DNA of 54,911 bases, counting the filler, from Catajapyx aquilonaris (Eukaryota), in NCBI GenBank assembly GCA_000934665.2. It is 3 parts of 3 records of this genome, joined end to end, with 100 filler letters (N's around TTAATTAATTAA, not from the genome) between each part and the next. Parts side by side here need not be neighbours in the genome. Positions count along the whole stretch, not along the records: positions 36,720 to 54,911 come from KZ539586.1; 2 more parts are not named here. One strand, given 5' to 3'. The translations under genes and the position numbers were made by a program. Positions 37,414-48,747 of this stretch are shown one piece after another (position 1 is the stretch's first letter; each line of letters starts with the position of its first letter). The notes below the pieces were generated by a model that did no database searches, was not told the DNA's origin, and saw only the letters and a list, made by a program, of their open reading frames with translations.

Positions 37414-37904
37414 CCCACCAAAAACATCTGTAAAAAAAAAGGCCAAGTTCTCCTGACTGCTTGGCCGTAAAAAGTGGTGAGATCTGAAATACGGCCAAGT
37501 TCAACGTCGTTGTCATTTACTGGCATTCTCAACTTCTTCAACCTAAACCACTTACTTTGTTTTTCCAGGTCGACCTTAAGTTTAATCATCAAAACATTTT
37601 AATGGAGTTTCTCCTGATGTCACTTGGCCATTGCTCATGTCCGAGGTATTGTTGAATTCTACAACTCTTTCAATGTTTGAAGAGCAATGGCCAAGTTACA
37701 GCAAGAGAAATTCCATTAAAATTTTTTGATGATTAAACTTAAGGTCGACCTGGAAAAACAAAGTTAGTGGTTTAGGTTGAAGAAGTTGAGAATGCCAGTA
37801 ATTGACAAAGACGTTGAACTTGGCCGTATTTCAGATCTCACCACTTTTTACGGCCAAGCAGTCAGGAGAACTTGGCCTTTTTTTACAGATTTGTTTTTGG
37901 TGGG
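37414..37904. mobile_element. Foldback MITE with CCC termini and 2-bp TSD (CACTA/EnSpm-type)
   Basis: Arms of about 220 bp, CCCACCAAAAACA.../...TGTTTTTGGTGGG, with AT on both flanks. Confidence 0.8.
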
Positions 37905-37961
37905 ATAATCTTTATTGGAAGTTGTTATTAATATTAAGAGATGAAAAGTGAAACTCACAAG

Positions 37962-38444
37962 GTAAAGTGTTGTAAATGGAGTTCCAATGAAACTTGGCAC
38001 AATATTATAGGCAGGTAAGTTATTAAACAAAAGTTATGACCTCTCATCTTCATTTTCTTGAAATTCGGGTCAAGGGATTAAAAAAGGCACAGAAAGTGAC
38101 CTGCTCAAAATGACCCGGTGATCCCTTTTTGGGGGCCACCAATGCACCGAATGTCAAGAAAATCAGTGAGTTTTCGACATTTATGAGTTGACCTCTGCCC
38201 CCCAAAGAGGGGTCACTGGGTCATTTTGAGCAGGTCACTTTGGGTGCGTTTTTCATCCCTTGACGTGGGCTACCAATGGTACCGAATTTCAAGAAAATCG
38301 GTGAGACCTTGGAAAGTATCCCTTGTGAGTTCGACAGGTCATAACTTTTGACCTTGTATGATTCAGCATAAATTGTTTGCATTTTGTTTAACAACTTACA
38401 TTATTGTGCCAGGTTTCATTCAGCAACTCCATTTACAACACTTA
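37962..38444. mobile_element. Degenerate palindromic MITE
   Basis: AAGTGTTGTAAATGGAGTT pairs with AACTCCATTTACAACACTT. The inner arms are AAAGTGACCTGCTCAAAATGACCC / GGGTCATTTTGAGCAGGTCACTTT. Confidence 0.7.
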
Positions 38445-38826
38445 CAGTTCCTTTGTCACTTTCTATTAATCTGTTGTCAGAGTAGCTAAAACATGTCATT
38501 CACAATTGACAAGTTGCAGTATTTTCACATCTGAAATAGCCACAGGTGCTCAGAACCTGCCAGAATTTTAATTTCAATTATTATGACAATTTCAGATGAT
38601 GGCTAATTTATTGAGTCTCATGTTGACAACCAATAATTTTGATTACATAAATGCGTGTATGCATGACTCCCCATTGCAAAACCCAATTTGAAGTGTTGCC
38701 ACATTGTTCAGTTCAACTACTTATTAGCCCTAGGCCAGTGATGTGCAAGAAGTTCTTCCTCCTGTAACGTGGGCACTTTTTGTGACCAAGTCACATTTTT
38801 CGTTATAACTTGGGAAATATAGCATA

Positions 38827-39742
38827 CGAGGTGAGATCGACTGTTCCCGGACTGTGTTCATAAAAACATTAATATTTACTTAAGTCCTAATTTCCACTGC
38901 CACCTTCAAAGTAGTCACCTTGGGAACGTATACAACAATTCCAGCGAATTTCCCATTTTTGGAAGCACCAAAAAAAAAATTGGTCAACAGTAGTGTGTTC
39001 AAGATCTGCTGCGATTTTGCTTAGATCTCTTTAGTGGAGTCAAAATGCCTCCTTTTCTTCCCAAATTTCATTTTAGGGAAGAGGTAGAAATCACATGGTG
39101 CCAGGACAAACGAATAGGCGGGGTGTGGAACAGTGGTCATGTTATTTTTTATCAGGAAGTCCCTGACTACGCGTGAAGTGTGTGCAGGCGTCATTGTCAT
39201 GGTGCAGCAAGCCAGCAACCAGTCTCTGTTCTTCCATATCCCCGGCCAATTGAGCCTAAATCGTCTCAAACCATCGCAGTAAGACTTGCCGTTGACAGTT
39301 TTACCAGGAGGGAGAAACTCCATATGCACAATTCCTAAAATGTCAAAGAAAACGATCAGCATTGAGTTGATTTTGCCGCGCACTTGGCGAGCCACCTTTG
39401 AAGCTGTTAAACCACTCATATGTTATTTCTTGTCTTACAACTTTTTCATCAAAAGCCTTGTTCACCATTCGGTAGGTTGCATCCGAAGTTTTGTTGAGCT
39501 CGAAGCAAAATTTAATGCAAATCTTTTGCTCCCTAACGTCAGCCATTTCGAAAAATCGCAGAAGAACAACAACACGGTGTCAAGAAAACTGCCGAAACTC
39601 GGAAACATGTGCACCTATGAAGACGAGATTTTTCAGACTAATAGATGAAAGGTGCACCTAGCGCCCCCTAACGTCACAAGTTCGTAGCTCCACTGGTTTG
39701 CACGGTATATCGACAGTCCGGGAACTTTTTGATCACACCTCG
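38827..39742 (-). mobile_element. Mariner transposon, internally deleted (irritans-like)
   Basis: TA|CGAGGTGAGATC...TTCCCGGACTG and CAGTCCGGGAAC...GATCACACCTCG|TA. Transposase remnants include EQKICIKFCF, MLIVFFDILGIVHMEFLPPGKTVN and HPAYSFVLAPCDFYLFPKMK. Confidence 0.92.
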
Positions 39743-39792
39743 TATTTGGACTTCATCTTTGAAACAATCTTGGGTTTATTCCTTCTACGATG

Positions 39793-40116
39793 AATGGCAT
39801 TTAGTTTATCATTTTTGAGCAGATAGTACGATAGTAAAAAATCAATATGTACTGATGCTTATTTGGGGCCATAATGTGCACTTGTCATCTAGGCCGAACA
39901 GGTTTCCTTAGCGCAAAACCAGAGCTGGCTTCATGAATCTCTAAGCTTTTCAGAGGGGGGACCTGAGCTTATACCTTTTTGATTCATGATAAGCTCAGGT
40001 CCCCCCTCTGTAAAGCAGGAATTGTTGGAATGCAGCCTTGGCCCCAACTAAGCATGGTACATAATTTTTTTCCTGATCATACTATTTACTCTAAAAATTT
40101 AAACTAAATGTCATTT
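39793..40116. mobile_element. Degenerate palindromic repeat/MITE remnant
   Basis: Outer arms AATGGCATTTAGTTTA / TAAACTAAATGTCATT and a central hairpin CAGAGGGGGGACCTGAGCTTAT / ATAAGCTCAGGTCCCCCCTCTG. A related arm lies at about 53895-53980. Confidence 0.6.
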
Positions 40117-41546
40117 CATTAATTACAAAAGGAATCTAACTAATATGTCCAAAAAGATGATGCACAGTCTGAGGGTTAAATATCAGCTCAAAAAACTGGC
40201 CATCATCTACCATAGTCATAAAAATGAAAAACCTGCCAGGTTCCTAGCACCTTCCGTATATAGCCATTTCAAATATTTAAAAATGCAAATTCTAAAGTTC
40301 AAGCTTATGTTTTTACTAAATCAGGCAACAAGGTACTGGTATTTAAAAACTGAGTTTCACTATTTCATCTAACTTGATTAAAAACAACTTTCAATAAAAA
40401 TTACTGTGGGTGAGTGAAAGTTCAATACTGGAAGTCCCCTTTGCATGCTGAATATTGTGATATTTTCCTGATTCATGTCAATGCGCCATCCAGAAACTCA
40501 GCATTTTTGCGGGAGAAAACACTAGTCTAGAATCTCTTCAATGGTTGCCGGCACACCATACATGCCACCTGTCCCAGAACCAGTTAATACTCTTCTCAGC
40601 ATGAAATTGTAACAAACAGTAGCATTTGCAAGCATTTTTGTACACTTTATTATATACTGTAGTATCAATAAAACAAAAACAGCAGTAGATGTGAAAGAAA
40701 AATTCACCAAAACAACAACAATACAACAACTAGATTAATAAACTATAGAACTATGATTGCATAAACCAAAATCCACTTCAGTGCCATAACAATCAAACTC
40801 CTTAGAAACATTGATGAAGTGAAATTTTCATATACAAGGTGGTATGAAAGGTGAGCACTTCATATCAGACTTAGGTTCCCTGAGGTTTTCTAAGGCAAAG
40901 TTACTCTTGTCGATTTTGGCTCCATGACGAAGATTTGAAAACCTCTGACATAACAGCTGGTGTGTTGTGGCTTGAATGCTTCGGCAGGAGAACAAATTGT
41001 AAGAATGTTGGCGACCATTTGTGCATTGTCATCTACTTGATTTTCATAAAACATTTGCATAAAGACAACAGCATTCACTGGGGTTATCCATTGCCAAGGT
41101 TCTGCATCATGGGATTATCCCTTAGTCATCCTTACCCTTTACTTCCCACCCAAGCAGGCAAGTTAGCACAGAACAGCAGTGACATCATGCAACTTCATGT
41201 GCATCTTCCTCATAGAACTGGAATATACAAAATCAATGGAAGTTTTTGCCTAGAACACCCAAGGAACACCCAAGAGGACGTGCACACCTTTCATGCCACT
41301 CTATACAGCATTTGCCACGTCAAATTATTATTCAATAATAAATTTCGTTAAACAGACCATAAAGGCATCACTCTAGTATTCTACATGATCTACTTGTTGT
41401 CTGAGGTCATGATTCCACACCATAAAATTGCTACTGTATCACAAAGTTACTCCCTTGTTGCAAGATGCCCAGGTGCACAATAATAAGTACTGTAGTGGTG
41501 ATCATCTGCACATATATCTTCTGGGACCATCTAATGCCATGCTACA

Positions 41547-41676
41547 TTATCGAGCACCTGCAGCGATAGCAGTACCCACAGTAGTGGTAGACATGGGGCT
41601 CATGGAGAGTCTGTTGACAGCATCAATGGCAAGGCAATGGCAGCTGCAGCCAGTCACAGGGCACTCACCATGATCT
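41547..41676 (-). CDS. MIOS: MIOS last coding exon
   Basis: After tttcag: RDHGECPVTGCSCHCLAID...GAR*, the conserved terminal CPVxxCxCxC. Confidence 0.93.
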
Positions 41677-41814
41677 CTGAAAGGCCAACAATTACTGAAA
41701 CCTAGACAACACTCCCTATTACCTAGGTGGAACACTTTTTATAACATACCCTCACTTCACACCGTAGCTAGGTTTTAAAAAACTTAATTCCCTTCAACGT
41801 GTAAGTGTACTGAC

Positions 41815-42023
41815 CTGAACCAATTGGCAATATGATCTGCATGCCCTCCATGATGGCAAGACTGACACCAACTGAACCAGGATGTGAATGCAGACACACC
41901 CTGGCCACCACCCCCTGCATTGGCTGGCAATGACGCTGGCCTGCCTCCAGATGCAGTTCCCATGTGCATGAGACAGATGTAGCAGCGTGGCAAGGGCTTG
42001 CGGCAGTTGGGACAGGATGACAT
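41815..42023 (-). CDS. MIOS: MIOS exon (ZnF/RING)
   Basis: SCPNCRKPLPRCYICLMHMGT and WFSWCQSCHHGGHADHIANWF. Preceded by a 58-nt intron; phase 0/2. Confidence 0.95.
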
Positions 42024-42081
42024 CTGGTGTAAAGTTCACAAGTCAAGAGTTGCAAACAACATATTAGGAGCCAACCGTTAC

Positions 42082-43004
42082 CTTCAGTCGATGGTGTCCT
42101 CCCCCACCACCCCCACCACCTCCCCCACTCTGTCCTGCACCACCACCACCACCTCCTCCTCCACCTCCACTAGATGCAAGTCTTGCAAGAGATCCTCCAA
42201 TTCCTACTCCTCTTCTTCCCATTCCCTGAACCATGGCTGATATACTCTTCCCACAAAAATTACATGACACAAACACCTGTTGAGGTGGGGCTGGAGGACT
42301 ACTCCCCACCCCTCCCATTCCAAACCCTGCCACAGATGATGACGAGGACGATGAGGATGAGGATCCTCCTCCCCCTCCACTTCCACCTCCTAGCACTGAT
42401 GGTGACAGAAAGAGTGGTGAGGAGGGTGGTCCAGCAGATGCACCACTCACACGATGGGGTGTACCAGCTGCTGATGTTGCTGTTGTAACTGCTGCAGCAG
42501 CAGCTCCAAGGGAGGCATGTAGAGCCACATCAAAAAGAGCCCGCTGATTCCAAAGTTGCCAGGCATCAAGAAGAATACAGTAAGCATCTGCCCAAGTTTG
42601 TAGTCGAGGATCATGTCCATACTGTGCTGCCAAGGCCTGTGAGTGGAGGAGTAGTGTAGCAGCAGTCTGCACATCTCCAGTAACATCCACATATCGCTGA
42701 AGGAGCTCTGCACCTTCCCTGCCACCAATTCCAGTTAGGAGCAATCCCTCCAGTCGCCCTTCATCCAGCAGTCGAGTCTGCAGGCGTTCCACAAACTCAG
42801 CCAAGCGAGTATCCCCCAGAAAGAGGCAAGCAAAGGCCACTCTGTCAGCCACAGACATTCCTTCTTCCAGCAATATTCTATCATAGTGCTCTGCAGGCTC
42901 AGCAGTAAGGAAAGCAAACAGTGCACGCAAATATGGGTCTTGCAGCTGGCTGCCTGTGCGCTGACACATCTCATGCCACAGGCTATTACGCTCTTCACAG
43001 AATC
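42082..43004 (-). CDS. MIOS: MIOS exon (solenoid to first zinc-finger half)
   Basis: LQDPYLRALFAFL, DRVAFACLFL, GRLEGLLLTG, LLQRYVDVTGDVQTA and QVFVSCNFCGKSIS. Boundaries cctacag / GTAACG, phase 1/0. Confidence 0.93.
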
Positions 43005-43610
43005 CTGTAGGAAATGCACATTCAGTTTTAACATACATTTGCCGACTCTCAAAGTTACAGTCCCAAAAGTACCTGCTGTTGTTTACAGTGCAGTAACCCT
43101 ATGTCAGCCGGCTAATGTAAAATACTGGCTATAATTATTGCCCATCTACAATATTTATGTTATTGTAGAGGGGATAGCCATTCCTTTTTGAAGCGTGCAC
43201 ATGATTACAATTAATTGTGATTACACAACAAAGCACACACCTGATTTGGCAAGCAGCCAACACCTTGTAATTTTCAATTATAATACAGCAAACCTTAATC
43301 CTTACATGTCGCATCCCGGTAATAACAGGGGCACAAGTCCAACAATGACAATTTTGACTTATTACTAGAGCAGGGTCCATGACCGTGTGCACATTCAGAA
43401 TGCATATTCTGATTTTTAAAAATTAATAATTAATAATTCTGATTATTCGAATGCTGCATCAATACCTGATTTATGATAACACTATACCAACACTATACAA
43501 CTTTCAAAATGCTCTCCTGTGAAATTGACTTTTTGGACTTGTGCCCCTGTTATTGCCGGGGTGCGCTGTGTTGCTGTCATAAGTAGTAAGATAATAAGAC
43601 AGTAACTTGC

Positions 43611-44218
43611 CTGCTAGGGACATGGCTAGAACTGCTAGATGACTCCCTGTAGAAGGTGAAGTAGTAGTACCAGAAGGGGAAGAAGGGGAGGAGGAGGATG
43701 ATGCCTGTTCTATGGCACCCCTCTGCAGGCATTGGATGGCACGACGCAACTGCAGGTGAAAAGCAGCTACTGCAGCAGCACGAGTGAACTGCCCCTCCTC
43801 CTCTAAGCGCACAAGGAATTGTGTCAGCCAACCTCGTACAGCAGGAGAATTGTTTGTTACAGGAGTAACACAAGGGGATTCATCTTGTATGGCTGTCCCT
43901 GTAGTGCTACTAGAGTCTTCCTCTGCTGCAGCCTCCACCTCTTCCTCTTCTCCCCCACCCCACATTCCACTTCCACCCCAGTGTGCTCTGGATGCTGCTG
44001 CTGGTTGTTGATGCTGCACCAAGAGGCGGCTATCGACACCCCATCCACATAGCTGCAAGGCACGGTTCCTTTCTTCACTGCGAAACACGACTGCAGAGGG
44101 GACACGTCGTCCACTGTTGACAAGCTGGGTTTCCCCATCCTGCAGGCCCACCCATGGCACCTGAACTGCATCAGACGGTCCACCCACCATCACTCCTCCA
44201 TCCACCTTCAGCACTGCC
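43611..44218 (-). CDS. MIOS: MIOS exon (alpha-solenoid start), ending at a GC donor
   Basis: FRSEERNRALQLCGW, FTRAAAVAAFHLQLRRAIQCL and VLAMSLAG. Acceptor catgcag, donor AG|GCAAGT, phase 2/1. Confidence 0.88.
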
Positions 44219-44295
44219 CTGCATGAGCATTACAACTACGGTTCTGCAGTTGGTTTCTGCATGACGATAAAAGATGGGGAACTCAAGAAACTCAC

Positions 44296-45163
44296 TTGAT
44301 GCCTGGAAAGCGACAGAGGCGAGATTCTCCACAGGATGTACGCTGCTTGCAGGAGTCCATCCAGTGCCAAAGCCTTCGCAGCGAGGGATCTTCCTTGGCA
44401 CCCTGCACTTCCCCATTATGCATCACATCCAGATCCAGACCATATCCAGACAATGCTCTCAGACGCATCAGATGAGCCGTGTCAACCATACCTACAGATG
44501 GCCTTGGAGTGAATGCCAGAACCAATGTTGGAGCAGGGCCTGAGCAGAGTATTTGGCTAGCTGATGGGGCGCATGCCACTGCAACTCGCTCACACACCAC
44601 ATGCTCAGTAAGGCTAGGGCCTACAGTCCCAGGGACACTTCCTGATTGGGGGCCCCCTGGTGCCCCTGCAAAATGTGATGCTATGAGAGTGTTCTGTCTG
44701 GTTGGATGCCATGCAAATGAGGCTAGAGGCCCATTTGCAGCTCCTAGAGGTAGCCATCGCTCAAGAACAGCTGGTTCAACGTCATCCACACCTGTTCCAG
44801 ATGTGCCCCCTGTCCCACCACCAGATGTTCCACCACCACCGCCTCCTCCTCCACCCACTCCTGCACCCCCACCCTCTACTGTTCCTGCCCCTAACCCCTG
44901 TTGAACATCCAATAATCTCAGTCCCCCTCCACTAGCACCACCATGAAGAACCATGCCAAGAAGCCCTGCTCGTGTTGGACACCAGCTGAGCCGGCTCACA
45001 GGTGCAGGTTGAGTCACTAAGTATGCAGCCTTGTCTAGGTTTCGGAGGTCCCACAGTGATACTGTCGTATCTGAAAATGATGCTAAGCGATGTGGTGCCA
45101 GTGGATCTAAGCTAAGACCCCATACTGCCTTTGTTTGAGTGCTGCTTTTTGGTTTTGCCCCCT
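44296..45163 (-). CDS. MIOS: MIOS exon (WD40 region)
   Basis: TKAVWGLSLDPLAPHRLASF, WDLRNL, LSWCPTRAGLL, ASFAWHPTRQN, MRLRALSGYG and LRRLWHWM. Boundaries ccacag / GTGAGT, phase 1/2. Confidence 0.9.
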
Positions 45164-45230
45164 CTGTGGAAGAGACACAACTTGTAAGACTTATCTAGAC
45201 AACTATTTCAAAATATTCCACATCACTTAC

Positions 45231-45821
45231 CTCTCAGATCATAAATTTTCAGATGCTTATGATTAGCGCCTAGTATCAAGACTCGAGGATGTCTAGGAAG
45301 CCAAGCCACAGAGTGGACTGATTCAGAAATAGCAAGTTCTGCCAGTGGTCCTGGCCCTGGGCCTGCCCCAAAAGCATTAATATCCCAGATTATTGCACCA
45401 TGATCAGCTCGATACCTATCCAATGCAACAGCCAGCAGGGATGTCTCCCAAGGGTTCCATGAGACTGCCTGCACTTGTCGGCCATGACGGGGTGACAGTT
45501 CAAGGGGGAGAGAAATTGTGGGAAGGTGAGATGGTGAAGCAGTAGCTGTAAGGGTAATGGAAGGTGTACTTGCTGATGTTATGGTTGAAGTAGGAACAGG
45601 TGGAAGAAGGCGTGGTGGGTGTGGTTGAGGTTGTGTAGCTTGACTTTGTGGGCCCAGAAACATTAGGGTTACATGGCCATTTGCTTGTCCTACTGCTAGG
45701 AGTACATCTTCAGATGATAAAGATGATGCTGATAATGGATGGACAGAAATGGCTCGGATGTATGACAGCTCGCAGCTGCAGGCCAACAGGTGGGCACCAC
45801 GCTCGGGAGAGAGCCGCAACC
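45231..45821 (-). CDS. MIOS: GATOR2 complex protein MIOS, WD40 exon (first exon identified; the true first exon was not found)
   Basis: LLAVGQANGHVTL, LSPRHGRQVQAVSWNP, LLAVALDRYRADHGAIIWDI and KHLKIYDLR. Acceptor tgcag, donor GTAAGT, 591 nt, phase 1/1. Confidence 0.9.
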
Positions 45822-47239
45822 CTGCATTATAGAGGTGTTTGTTTAAAATTTTTAATAAAGCTAAGCTAAAACATATGAGCATTCCTTAAGTTCACAGGAG
45901 GTTCACAACATAAATAATAACTTATTAAACTCACCAAGCTGTCAGAATTACAGTAACAGAAAAACATTAAGTTTTAAAATGGCAATCTAATACTCTGGTC
46001 AACATTGGTTGTAAGATTGCAAACAAATTGCTAGTCATAAGTTTTTGAGCACTACCCACTGTTAGTAGGACTTAATTGAAGGGCTCGGGAGTAAACAATG
46101 GTAGGGGTATAGGTTTGACATATTCCTTACCATTGTTTACTCCCGAGCCTTTCAATTGACTTGGTTACACTTCAATGCACCTTACCTACCTCCTTCGACC
46201 TTCTCCAGTTTTGACCATTAGCAACAGAGTTACCGAACTTTTCTCTATCATATGTGAGATACACACTTTCCTTCACCCAAGTTAAGGCCTATTCAGATAG
46301 TGTAATATAGTGACCTACTTTTTGTACTTTCTGGACCTGCAATGTTATCATATGGAGAGTTCAGACAAGTGCCATTTATGATTTGCTGATTGGTGTTGGG
46401 AAGTTTCATGATGTAAAAGAGCATAAGCCTAAGCAGGTCAACATTCAAGGTTGGTTTCCAAAGAAGGTTCCATCAATGGTACAATAATGGGGTCTCATGA
46501 GGCTAAATTCTTATTGGCAATACTTTAGTGACCCTATTCTAGAAGGACAAAAAGTTCATTCCTGCCAACCTGAAGGATCATCACAAGTGTGTCTAGCATC
46601 ACCAGAGTATGGCATGCTTGACTGGCCTGGGTGAACCTGGTTCCAGAAATTTTGAAAAACACATCAATACCATATATACCAGTGGTTCCCAAACTTTTTG
46701 TCCCTTGGAGCCCTTTTTTGAAAAACATTTGACAGCAGAGCCCATGACATTTTTTCACTTTCAATGTGGGCTTTAGGTAGGGCCTATACATGTACTGTGT
46801 ATATCGCTCAAAAATATCGATATGATTAATCATTATTTTGGTTTCAATGAAAAATAGTTTCTATATTTTCGAGCAACATAATACAGGGGGACTCTAAAGT
46901 CAGGATACATGCAGCGCCGGATACCCGGATTTCTCATTAGGCACAGTAGGCACTGGCCTAGGGGCGGCCGTGAGTTGTAATAAATAATATTTCTCAAATA
47001 CAATAATAGGAAATTAAGGCGAGATCTCAAAGAAAATCAAATTTTTGAGAGCTTTATTTACCACTACAGGCATAAAAGGTAGGCAGAAATGCCCTCTGGG
47101 CAGCCATAACTTACAATATAATATTTTTCAAATAAAATAACATTAAATAAAGGAGACAACACAATAAAAAATTTGCACTTTTAAGAATCATGTGGGGGGG
47201 GGNNNNNNNNNNNNNGGGGGGGACCGGCACTGGATACAT

Positions 47240-47700
47240 ATGAGGGCTGTTCAAAAAAAGACCGAGCTTTTTAAATAGCACATCAACCGGCACAAAGAGT
47301 GTATTGCGGCTTCTAACAGCACCTAGCGACATGTCTTGACAACAAATTGCCACTTGCCATGTTCCGCTATGACCATTGGTCATCGAGATACATCCACTTA
47401 AGTGAGCACTTGGATGAGCTGTTCGTCGATTTAGTGAGAAAGTGAAAGTGAGAGAGCTTGAAAAACAATGTGTTTGTGTGAAATTTCGCTAAAAAAATTG
47501 GTACAAATTTTACAGAGACATTTCAATTCCTTTACCAAGCATACTTAGGAAGGGTCTCCTCGACCAAAAGAGGCACAGATCAGTCGGTCAAAGGTCAAGG
47601 TAATGTTGGTTGTGTTTTTGGATTGGAAAGGCATTTTTCTTTATGAATTTGGACCATGTTGGAAGTTTTAGTGCGCTTGACAGATTCTGTGCCTAGGAAG
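47240..47700 (+). mobile_element. Degraded mariner remnant
   Basis: TA|TGAGGGCTGTTCAAAAAA end, with frameshifted remnants EKQCVCVKF and SKVKVMLVVFLDWKGI. Confidence 0.7.
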
Positions 47701-47929
47701 GCTTTGGAAGGCAATTTTCAAAGTGCCATCTGACGTAATGCCTAATGAGGAAAGAAAATATTTCTAAATATTAAAATACTCTATTATGTAAGCAGCACTC
47801 TGGAACCGAAATATCTATCCATTTTATAACACAAGGACCTCAAAAATCGTGGTTTTATAGAACCTTTAAATTGCTTATTTTGGGCGTTGGAACCTAAATG
47901 GAATATTAGCGACTATTTGCACCTTTTTG

Positions 47930-48355
47930 ACCCCATTCTGTAAGATTTTCGAGAGTTTTTGCGGGTTTTCTGTTCAAGCCATCCCTCCCGATTCAACCTG
48001 CGAAGGGCAAAGAAGCTGTATAAGCATGCCAGATGAACTGGCTGTACAAGACATTTCACTTTCCAAGTATGATCCAGTTGCTTCGTGTGACGTCGAAAGG
48101 TCATTCTCACAGTATAAACTAAAGATGTATTGTCAGACAGGCATCGCTTACTAACCAACGAATACATGGAACAAATGCTGGATTGTTACTGTGCTACAAA
48201 ATTCCATGCCCAAGAGTAGGCTGCATAGGAATTTTTTAAATGAGGACCTGCTTGATTTTTACTGCCTATTTCAGAACCTATTTTGACTGTTTTCATGACC
48301 TAAATGCCTACCTATTTGGGGTTTTCTTAGAACCTAAAAATCTGTTCTTTACTAA
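47930..48355 (+). pseudogene. hAT-like transposase C-terminal (dimerisation) fragment
   Basis: DISLSKYDPVASCDVERSFSQYK resembles the hAT C-terminal SxxxERxFS motif. It is followed by repeated ACCTA subterminal motifs. Confidence 0.65.
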
Positions 48356-48747
48356 TGAGGCATTCATATGCCAGGCTGGTTGGTTTTGAAGTAACAGCAA
48401 ACGAATTGATCACCCAGTCACACGCTCCTTCATGTTAGCTCCTGAGCCGTTGGAACAGATTTCTCGATGAAATCGCTCAGACATCGTAGGTGCTTGCGAA
48501 TGTCACCCAGCAACTGGTGCCTCCAACTGATGTAAATGCTTTTCCTTGAGACAACCAGCTCACTTCTGTGAGAAGAAGCAAAGACTTATGAAGACTTCCT
48601 AGATCGTCACCCAAATTTACGAACTGCCTGAATTTCAGAGACCGGACATTATGTAATTAATACAGTAAGTTGTACAGCCTTGTCCAGAACTTTTTAAGAA
48701 AAGGAAGAAAAGGAAGGCACTTTTTTTTATGGCTAGGGCTTTCCTGT

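Noticed and set aside
34221..45821. Functional clustering of AARS2 with the amino-acid-sensing gene MIOS
   Set aside because: They lie on different contigs separated by an artificial linker.
46170..46660. Possible decayed LINE reverse-transcriptase fragment
   Set aside because: Only a vague xVMLD resemblance, too degraded to support without a search.
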